A stretch of 64,000 nt of DNA from a virus: positions 686 through 64,685 of IMG/VR virus record IMGVR_UViG_3300031949_000030; one strand, written 5' to 3'. Of this stretch, positions 1 to 8,900 are shown piece by piece. The notes beneath the pieces were generated by a model, which did no database searches, was not told the DNA's origin, and worked only from the letters and a program-made list of their open reading frames with translations. A program made the translations under genes and the position numbers. Each line of letters starts with the position of its first letter. Position 1 is the stretch's first letter.

Positions 1-1
1 G

Positions 2-3000
2 GATAATGCATCAGGGTATCTCTATGTAGATACTGCTAAGTTCCTCCCACAGTATGGAGACAGGGGATTCGAACTCGCAAGGGATATTATCTTCGGGTAC
101 ATGGAAGCAGAACTAGAGAGGATCAAGATTGTAAAGACAGGTACTTATAACAACATCCCAGGTTTCTCCCAGAGAGGTAAAGAGTTTACTGTCTTTGATA
201 ATGTCTTCTCTGCCGACACTAAGAATAAGCTCTATGGAATAGAAGTTCCCTTCTCAACATTCCTTCAGCAGACAGATGAAGCCTCCATGAATCTTAAGAG
301 AGCTCTCAACAAGGAACTGAAGTCCTACTTTGACGCTTTGATAGAGGATACTGCCACACTTTTAGGTAAGGCTGAATATGTAGATCCTACTATCTATAAC
401 ACTATCCGGGAGCAGATAGGCAAATCTGACATCAAAGGGCTCCTCAGAGAAGATATGAAGAAGGCATCCATAGCCTCCTTTACCTACAATAGCTGGGTAC
501 ACAATTTCGAGACCCTCTCACTTCTATACGGAGACCTGGCTCTCTATAACACATACCTTAAGGAGGAGTTCCATAAGCGTAATGCTTCTATAGCCTCTAC
601 AGGAGATATACCTGTCACAGATGATGAGGATATCAAGTTTATCAACTCTGTAATAGGCAGAGGCTACTCAGCACAACTGGATATACCACAGAAGGACTTT
701 AACGGAACCTTTGACTCGGCTGTTATCCATGATACCAAAGTGCAGTCAGCATACCTTCCTATATATACAGAAGCCTTCAGATCCTACTATAGCCGTAGAG
801 GACTTACAGGAGAAGCTCTGGATAATGCTGTAGAGATTGCTTCCGGGCCTTACAAGAGTATGAATGAAGGAGATGCCCAGGGATGGATGAGTATAGATAG
901 TTACAGGATACTTAAAGTGCTATTAGGTAAGTGGACTCCTAAACACGAAGTGCTCTACCAGAGAGTTATTAAAGGAGAAACTGTGTATCCCCAGGAAGTA
1001 AGTACTTACCTGGCCCCTATGAAGATTCAGTACTTTGGACCGTTAGTTAATGCAGACTTCAATCTTACAGCACTACATAAGTTCTCCATTATACCTTTAA
1101 TCCCTTCTGTAATCAAGGGAACATCTCTGGACGAGTTGCACAAGGATATGGTGAAACAGGGGATAGATTATGCCCTTATGGAATCAGGGTCTAAGATTAC
1201 CACCATGACTACTTCAGGTATACCAGATAAGATATACCTCGACAATAACACCAGGATTCTGGGAGATGTGAAGTTTACCAAGAATACTGTGCATCTTGAG
1301 TATCTCAAAGACCAGCAGGATATAAACAATGAGTTTAAGGGTAATGCCACCTTCTCTACTCAGCTCAGGAAGCTCATAGAGGAGGGTCTCTTTGAGAATG
1401 GAGTTCCGGTTGACTTTATGGCGAAGTCTTCCCCAGATGTCCGTATGGACTCCTGGAGCAAGTTGTCAGAGGAGAAGAGAGTCCAGGCTTCAAGGATGTA
1501 TGACCTGGCCCGTAAATATGAGCTTAATGTAGATAAACTCAATAACCTTAAGAAGTATGAGCTCATAAAAGAAGCAGGCTGGAAGCAGGATGCCTCAGGG
1601 AATGTTATTGTGGGTAGCATGAAGAATATTATGGAGATTATCCGCAGGGAGCTTACCCGGCAGGATCTGGCAGATCACGAGATAGACTTTGTAGAACTTA
1701 CCCAACAAGGTAATATCAAGTATGATTTCTCTATCATGCCTAACGCAGAGAAGATAGAACGTCTGCTGACAGCTATAGTTAACCGCAGACTTATCAACCA
1801 GAAGATCAACGGAGAAGCACTCGTACAAGTCTCAGGATCTTTCTTTGAGAACAGGTCCGCCTTTAGTCCCGAGAGATTTACTAAACCTACTCAGGAGCAG
1901 CTGGATCAATATGGTACTAATGATCTTCCTACATATAGTTTAGGCACAAGTATCTCCAGGAAAGTCAATATAATGATGCAACCTGACAATGTATCTAAGA
2001 TACTGGCAGGTACTAAGACTACCACTACAAGATCTTCCTCCCAGGCATCTCAGATAGATCTTAAGAAAGGAGAGTCGGGAGTTGCTGAATTCGGAGGTAA
2101 GAAGTTTATCGTTACCTCTAGAGGAGAACTTACCATAGATGAAGCAGGGGGTAAGGAAGTTATGATTACATCAGAGGGTGTCAAGTCTGAAGAAAACTTC
2201 AAGTTTCAACAAACTAAAGACTGGGTAAACGGTAAAGGTAAGTTATACGTGTATGACATAAGACCTTATATCCCTGGTAAGACCAAGGCCATGAAGGTAA
2301 AAATAGCTATGCAGGGAGGGTTCGAGAATCTCCTCAGGCTACCTGATGTATACACTAAAGCAGATCAGGAGAATATTACTCTTATAGAGGCTCTTAATCT
2401 CCTGCTCAAGGATGAGAACTGGCTCAACACAGGAGACAACCGCAAGTTCATAACTATGGTTGCCGTGCGCATACCTGTGCAAGGCCTGAACTCCATGGAA
2501 TTTATGGAAGTACATGAGTTCCTCCCCAAAGAAGCAGGTAACATTATTATTCCTCCCTCTGAGATAGTAGCTAAGTCCGGGTCTGACTTTGACATAGACA
2601 AACTTACAGTTATGATGCCTCACATCAAGACTAAGAAGGGGCAGGTTATGCTATACAGCAAATATAGTCGTGAAGAGGCAACACTGATCTATGATACCAT
2701 GAAGAAGAGGAAACTCTTTAATCTCACTTTCCAGGGTATCACTCAGGAAGAACTCCGGAGATACTTCAATCCTAAGATATTCGAAAGCATAGAGAAAACT
2801 ATGTCAGATCTCATAGGAGATCACTACTGGCAGTCTATAGAGGAAGTTCTCACTGAGGAAGGTGTACTTACCTTTGATCAGTTCTTCTATAATCTTAACG
2901 GAGTACGTATCACCGAGAACGAGCTTATAGATAATATCAGGTCTATACTAGAACTTCCGGAGAACTTTGTGAGCCTTATACGCCCCAATGCCGTTGATCT

Positions 3001-5938
3001 TGTGGAACCCCTGGCTAGAGAGATGGAGGAGATTAACAAGACCAAGAATCTGGGGGGATATAACCCAAGAATGAGCGTAAGGAAGACTAAGGAGGGAATC
3101 CGTGTAGAGACGACCCGGGTTATTGATGGGAAGAGTAAGGTTATAGTAAGTCCTACAAGAATACTGGAAGTACCCTATAATATACATAAGCATGCTTCTA
3201 ACAACATAGGTAAGCAAACTCTGGGAATAACTGCAGTAGATAACTCTTACAACACTGTCTTTAACAGGATAGGTGCTCACATGAATCCCTTCTATGGAAT
3301 AGGTATAGACCACTACGAGAAACTATCTAAGAAGAATCCTAAGTCTCTTACTAATGAGGAGAGAAGAGACCTTAAGAAGTACCGCAGAATTACCATGATG
3401 CTCAACCACAATAAGGTTAGTTATAAAGGTTATGATATCATATCCCTCTCTCATATATACGATATCACAGGAACTACCAAGATATCAGATGTTATCTCTC
3501 AGCTTATGAATGGGCTCGTAGATATAGAGAAGGATCCCTTTATTCTCTGGCTCCAGATGAACCAGCAGGCGGCACCTACTATTCTATTTATGGTGCAGTC
3601 AGGAGTACCCCTTAAGGATATTATCTACTTTGTCTCCCAACCCCTGGTACGTGAGTACATAGAGCAACAGAAGCTGGCAAGAAGTAGATTTGCGGGACCT
3701 CTGGGAACAGCTCCTGAGGGTAATGTGAACTTCTTCAGGAATAAGGCCAAGCAGGTAGTAATAATGAACCCTAAGTTCAAATTTGGAGTAGAGTCTCTCA
3801 GAGAAACCTTCGGGGACGAACTTTATAAGCTCCAGACAGAGGCTACCGGCAAAGTAGGGGCTTCTGCTTTTACCTTGACAGAACTTGAGAAGAATCTTGA
3901 CAAGCAGGATAGTGACCAGGCACGCGCATACTTCCTCCACTACCTCGAGATTGAGGATATAGCCAAAGGTATAAGAGACCTGAAGATGAACTTCAACTTT
4001 GACACCCGTAAATCAAGTACCAACTTTGACGCCTTTAACAGAGTCAACAAGATAGCAGAAGTTAGAGGTAACAGCCGGATACCTGAGTACCTGGTAGATA
4101 AGATAATGAGTGAATCTATCCCGGGAAGCTTCTTTATACAGAACTTCCAGCTCTCACTATGGAAAGAGTTCTTTAAGCTCAGGAATAACCCGATGCTCAA
4201 TGAATACTTGACTATGAGAATAAAGATGGCTAGCAGAGTCATAAAGATAGAGGGAGAGATTATTCCTAATGATATTGACAAGACCTTCGGGGATGCAGAG
4301 AAGTTTGCTGAAGAGTTCCGCAACGATCTGGTAAGCTATATCTTCCAGAACTCACTAAGACATTTCAGGCTAAGGGATACCAGATCCTACAAAGGATACA
4401 ACACTACCACAGAGTTACCGGTAGAGCAGGTTAGTCTTGCATTCGGGGCTTTTGTGAAGGGTGATACACTTTATGTAGATCCTAAGCAGCTAAAGAAGGA
4501 CTGGGACTCTAAGGCTTTCAATAGTGCAAAGTATGAAGCCCTCGGGTTAGCTAAGGTGCCCGAGAAAGTATTCTCCAACAAGGTTACTAACTCTCAGGAG
4601 GAATTTAACCACTATGTTCTTGAGAGGGAATATCTCCGTAGTATCACCCCCTTCAGAAGTTATACTGCCACACCAGACTATGCAGAGAGGTATACAGAAC
4701 TTCTCTCCTCTGTTGCCAGGAAAGAGACAGAAGAACAGGAAGTATATGAGAAGAGGATATCCAGAAGAGCTTATGAAGAGATGCTCCGTGATACTGCCCT
4801 GGACAATATCATGAATCCTACCAAGCTCTTCTATGGTAATAAGCGGAGTGTAGCCTACACCTTTCTGGATATACTCAAGAAGAACCCTGACTTAAGAAAG
4901 GACTACAGTTTCGTGAGAGCTCTTGCCGTCTCTGATAATGAGAAGATAGGTATGAACAATCTGAAGATCAACGACAGGATACTCGACTCAGATACTCTTG
5001 AACTCTACTATGAGAACATGACCAAGCTTATGGATCCTGCAGTCATCAAGAGTCTGGATACAGAAGAGAACAATCGCATAAGCCAGTTCTTCCAGAGATT
5101 ACCCTTGGTAGCTTTCGTGCAGTCAGGCCTCTCTAAAGGAGAAATGTCTCTTACCCGCATGATGCCGCAGGACATCTTCTTCAGACTTATGGAAGAGCCT
5201 CTAAAGCAGTATGTAGAAAAGATGAATCCTAATATGCTGGATGACTTCTATGGTAAGTTTGTGTATGAGAACTCACTCAAGAGAACCCGCCGCAGGTTCA
5301 AGAACTACCAGGCACCACTTACTCTTAATGATTATTATAGTCTTTATAAGTCAGGAGAGACCAAGGTAGTTACCACAGCACCGGAGCCAGAGCTGACGCC
5401 TTCCAAGAAGGATAATATTTCAACATACAGTAGCTTTGAACCTACAGGTAATAAGAGAGGTATTACTTCCTATAAGAAGCTGGCGGATAATAACCCCGAG
5501 ACACTCTTTATATACAACGAGAACACTAAGTTCACACAGGGACAGACCACTGATGCTTCTCTAAGAGGGTTTAATAACGCACTGGGAATAATCACCAAGC
5601 TGACCGGGGCGGAGAGTCGTGGTGCTATTATGGAGACGGCTAAGTTTACTGATACGACCTATGAGAAGAATATAGCACAGATAGAGGAAGATATCCGGAA
5701 GATTAACGATCTTTACAACAGCGGAAAGTCTATAACCTTCATCAAAGAGGGATACGGGACATACATGATGGAGTCTGCACCACAGACCTTCAACTATCTC
5801 TCCAGAAGACTTTTCGAAGAGTTTGGATATATTAATCCCGGCTCAGATAAAGCAGGTAGTGTGAGGGAACTTATACAGCAGTCTCAGCCTGTAACAGATG
5901 AAGAAGTAGCTAATATTATAGAGAAGTGTTTTGCATAG
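2..5938 (+). CDS. Giant virion-type RNA polymerase-like protein, N-terminally truncated by the window edge; crAss-like vRNAP candidate
   Basis: Listed ORF is 1945 aa from nt 101. The same frame has no stop back to nt 2, so the gene starts upstream of the window. The internal motif 'SGSDFDIDKLTVMMPH' aligns with the cellular RNAP beta-prime catalytic DPBB motif 'NADFDGDQMAVHVP' and keeps all three Asp. The size and position next to a second giant ORF match crAss-like virion RNAP genes. Confidence 0.55.
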   Translation, partial: DNASGYLYVDTAKFLPQYGDRGFELARDIIFGYMEAELERIKIVKTGTYNNIPGFSQRGKEFTVFDNVFSADTKNKLYGIEVPFSTFLQQTDEASMNLKRALNKELKSYFDALIEDTATLLGKAEYVDPTIYNTIREQIGKSDIKGLLREDMKKASIASFTYNSWVHNFETLSLLYGDLALYNTYLKEEFHKRNASIASTGDIPVTDDEDIKFINSVIGRGYSAQLDIPQKDFNGTFDSAVIHDTKVQSAYLPIYTEAFRSYYSRRGLTGEALDNAVEIASGPYKSMNEGDAQGWMSIDSYRILKVLLGKWTPKHEVLYQRVIKGETVYPQEVSTYLAPMKIQYFGPLVNADFNLTALHKFSIIPLIPSVIKGTSLDELHKDMVKQGIDYALMESGSKITTMTTSGIPDKIYLDNNTRILGDVKFTKNTVHLEYLKDQQDINNEFKGNATFSTQLRKLIEEGLFENGVPVDFMAKSSPDVRMDSWSKLSEEKRVQASRMYDLARKYELNVDKLNNLKKYELIKEAGWKQDASGNVIVGSMKNIMEIIRRELTRQDLADHEIDFVELTQQGNIKYDFSIMPNAEKIERLLTAIVNRRLINQKINGEALVQVSGSFFENRSAFSPERFTKPTQEQLDQYGTNDLPTYSLGTSISRKVNIMMQPDNVSKILAGTKTTTTRSSSQASQIDLKKGESGVAEFGGKKFIVTSRGELTIDEAGGKEVMITSEGVKSEENFKFQQTKDWVNGKGKLYVYDIRPYIPGKTKAMKVKIAMQGGFENLLRLPDVYTKADQENITLIEALNLLLKDENWLNTGDNRKFITMVAVRIPVQGLNSMEFMEVHEFLPKEAGNIIIPPSEIVAKSGSDFDIDKLTVMMPHIKTKKGQVMLYSKYSREEATLIYDTMKKRKLFNLTFQGITQEELRRYFNPKIFESIEKTMSDLIGDHYWQSIEEVLTEEGVLTFDQFFYNLNGVRITENELIDNIRSILELPENFVSLIRPNAVDLVEPLAREMEEINKTKNLGGYNPRMSVRKTKEGIRVETTRVIDGKSKVIVSPTRILEVPYNIHKHASNNIGKQTLGITAVDNSYNTVFNRIGAHMNPFYGIGIDHYEKLSKKNPKSLTNEERRDLKKYRRITMMLNHNKVSYKGYDIISLSHIYDITGTTKISDVISQLMNGLVDIEKDPFILWLQMNQQAAPTILFMVQSGVPLKDIIYFVSQPLVREYIEQQKLARSRFAGPLGTAPEGNVNFFRNKAKQVVIMNPKFKFGVESLRETFGDELYKLQTEATGKVGASAFTLTELEKNLDKQDSDQARAYFLHYLEIEDIAKGIRDLKMNFNFDTRKSSTNFDAFNRVNKIAEVRGNSRIPEYLVDKIMSESIPGSFFIQNFQLSLWKEFFKLRNNPMLNEYLTMRIKMASRVIKIEGEIIPNDIDKTFGDAEKFAEEFRNDLVSYIFQNSLRHFRLRDTRSYKGYNTTTELPVEQVSLAFGAFVKGDTLYVDPKQLKKDWDSKAFNSAKYEALGLAKVPEKVFSNKVTNSQEEFNHYVLEREYLRSITPFRSYTATPDYAERYTELLSSVARKETEEQEVYEKRISRRAYEEMLRDTALDNIMNPTKLFYGNKRSVAYTFLDILKKNPDLRKDYSFVRALAVSDNEKIGMNNLKINDRILDSDTLELYYENMTKLMDPAVIKSLDTEENNRISQFFQRLPLVAFVQSGLSKGEMSLTRMMPQDIFFRLMEEPLKQYVEKMNPNMLDDFYGKFVYENSLKRTRRRFKNYQAPLTLNDYYSLYKSGETKVVTTAPEPELTPSKKDNISTYSSFEPTGNKRGITSYKKLADNNPETLFIYNENTKFTQGQTTDASLRGFNNALGIITKLTGAESRGAIMETAKFTDTTYEKNIAQIEEDIRKINDLYNSGKSITFIKEGYGTYMMESAPQTFNYLSRRLFEEFGYINPGSDKAGSVRELIQQSQPVTDEEVANIIEKCFA

Positions 5939-5941
5939 AAT

Positions 5942-8900
5942 ATGGCAGCAGTGTGTCCAAACAAGAGTCTTAACGAGTGGATCAGTCTGGAGAATATCTT
6001 CGGGGAATTTGATGCCCACCGTATATGGATGATGAGTGGTAGGGATTACCCTTCAGTACTCCATGGATCACTCTATCTATATCTACATAACCAACCTGCA
6101 GAGGCTACCTCTGTACTGGAACAATACTATCCCTCAGAGGATATCTCAAGACTTGAATCAAGACCGTCCCTCACATCTGTAATCAGTGGGATGAACTCAG
6201 AGGTCTTTGCTGATAGTAACTACCTTAAGTGGATGCAGGACTCAGGACTATCTCAGAAGGTAGGACTGGACAAAGTCTATAAGAATGATAAGATAACCAA
6301 AGATGGTATCCGGTTTACACAGATCACAGTCCACAATGTGGACACTCCGGAACAAGAACCTACCACTAACTTAGATATAGCAAAGCAGAACAATGCCAGG
6401 GCTAAGGAGATTATAACCCGTCTCTCAGACAGACTCTCACAGAAGTTAGGTATTGAATATGAGATGATATCTCCTGAGGAAGCAGAGAAACTTCTATCTC
6501 CTACTAAGACTCCCTGGAAAGGGGAAAATGCTTTCTTTTTCGGAGGAAGAGTGTATTTTGTAGGTGACAATATTACTACTGAGCAGGTTATTCATGAGTT
6601 CTCACATCCTCTGGTGAGGGCTATTCGTGTAGGTAATAAGGAAGCCTTCAACAATCTCTATAAGGAGCTTGTAAACACTCCTGAAGGACTCCTGCTCATA
6701 GAGGAGACAGTTACTTTATATCCGGAACTCAACAGAGAAGAGGACCTCTTTAAGGAAGAAGTCATAGTAAAAGCTCTCTCCAGAAGTGTAGAGCTAAAGA
6801 ACCTGGGGCAGAAGACTAGCAAGGGTTTCGCAGGATTCATAAAGAACCTCCTGTATAACATCAGACAGATACTGCGCAAGGTATTCGGGAGTAAGGTGAA
6901 AGTAGAAAAACTCTCACCGGAAACTACCATTGAGGAGCTGGCTGCACTACTTCAGGAAGAAGACTTCATTATAGATAATGAACTTGTCACAGATGAGAAT
7001 ATAGCAGCTTTTGTGAGGGACACGCGCAAATATGAGCAAGGACTTAAAGATGTGGAGAAAAGTGTCCTGATAGATAATGTTAACCGGTTCTATGATGTGA
7101 TAAGCAATCACGTGAGAAAGGTACGAGAGAATAAGAACTACGCAGAGATGCGTAAGATCTTGGCAGATGAGATAGGTCAGGGAGACCTTGCCGAGATAAA
7201 GAGTACACTCAGATCCTACCAGACTCTTGAGAATAAGATGGCAGAAGTGGCAGAGAATGCAGAGTTTGAGAGACAGAGAATGCAGGCTCTTATACTGAGT
7301 GTTCTGCGTATGGAGGAAATGATACAGAGGGTGAAGACCCACCTCCTGGAGTTAAAGTCTAAGTCAGATAAGGATAGCTTATATAAAGCATCCTACTACG
7401 GTCACCTGACCAAGAGCTGGAAGAACTTTGTAGAGGAATCTAAGAAAGGCCTCACAGATAGTGGAGTACCGGAGTCAGCCGACTTCTACCAGAAGTTAAG
7501 TAATATATCCTCAGCTATAGACAGCTCGGATCGCATTATCGAGTCTATCTTCAAGCCTGTACTTGCTGAAGTATTTGAAGAGCAGTCTAAGAATCTACAG
7601 GCTCATATAGAAAAAGCTCATAAGGACATTATGGAGCAGCTTCGTAAGAAGGATGCTTCCCAGGCGGAACTTGATAAGGAAGTGAGCAACTACAACCAGG
7701 TAAAGCTAGATAGGTCTAAATTCGAACTTCTCCTGGAAGGAAAGCTCGGAGATGCTAACTTCATGAACTCCTACCTGGAAGGTTACCTCTCTAACAATGA
7801 TCCTGTCATAAACAGCTTTGCACTCTTTATAAAGAACACCAAGGCTGCCGCAGAGTTTTCTGCACAGAAGAAGGTAAACGAGTTTCTCAAGACACTGGAG
7901 CCTCTATATAAAGACGTAGGCTTTAGTGCCACTCGCTTCACAAAGACCAACAAGAAAATGATCTTTGCTGACAAGGACGGGTACGTAGATGATGATGGGA
8001 CATTTAAGGAGAGAATAGTCTTCACCTTCCTTAACAGGTTTAAGAACTATAAGTATGATCTGGAGGCTCTCAGGCACAAGATACAGTCAGCTAAGGAGAA
8101 GCAGGATAAGGATGCCTTGAGAAAGTCCGTGACGGAGATGAAAGAGCTCAGACGTAAGTGGTTTCACCAGGAATATGCTCCGGAGTTTTACGAGAGAGAG
8201 AAGATATTTGAACAGTCTGATCTGGCTATGGAAGCAAGAGATGACAGGCAGAGAATACTGGACGAGATAAATGCTGTCAGGCTGAGTATCTCTGATGAAT
8301 TCTCTATGGCAGAGGCTCAGGAAGAGATAAAAGTTCTGCTGGATGAACTCAGGCAGCTGCATTCTCTCAGAGACCTCGGTGGTAATCTCAAGACCGGTAC
8401 AGAACTCGAGAAAGCACAGATACTAAGACAGTATAGAGAAGAGTCCCGGAAGTTTTATGAGTGGAAGGAGATACCCCAGTCATTTGAGACCTCTCTTAAT
8501 AATTATGAGCAGCAGCTCTTCAACCAGGGGATCATAGGGGAGGATGCCAAAGTTCAGAGAGCTATATGGATACGTAATCATACCAGAACCGTAATTAATG
8601 AGAGGTTCTATGAAGTCAGGTCTTCTATTCTTAACAGGATAAAGGAGATAACTTCTCAGTTACCAGAGGATCAGCAATCCAAGCTGGATATATCAGCCGC
8701 ATGGTCTGACATTATAGATACCGTCTCAGGATTCAGGGATAACGACGGACAACCCGTGGGTAGTGATATGAGTGAAGGAAGAGTAGCTCTCATTAAGCAG
8801 AGGCAGGAAGAGATAATCCAGGCACAGTCTCAGCTTGCAGGTCTCTCGGGACTTACTCTTGAGGAAGTAGACGAGCTTAATGATATATACTCGAAACTAA

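Noticed and set aside
1168-4323. Multiple 60-130 aa minus-strand ORFs inside the first giant gene
   Set aside because: They lie antisense to a 5.8-kb ORF that has clear protein-like features. They are low-complexity, Ser/Leu-rich and have no motifs, so they are shadow ORFs.
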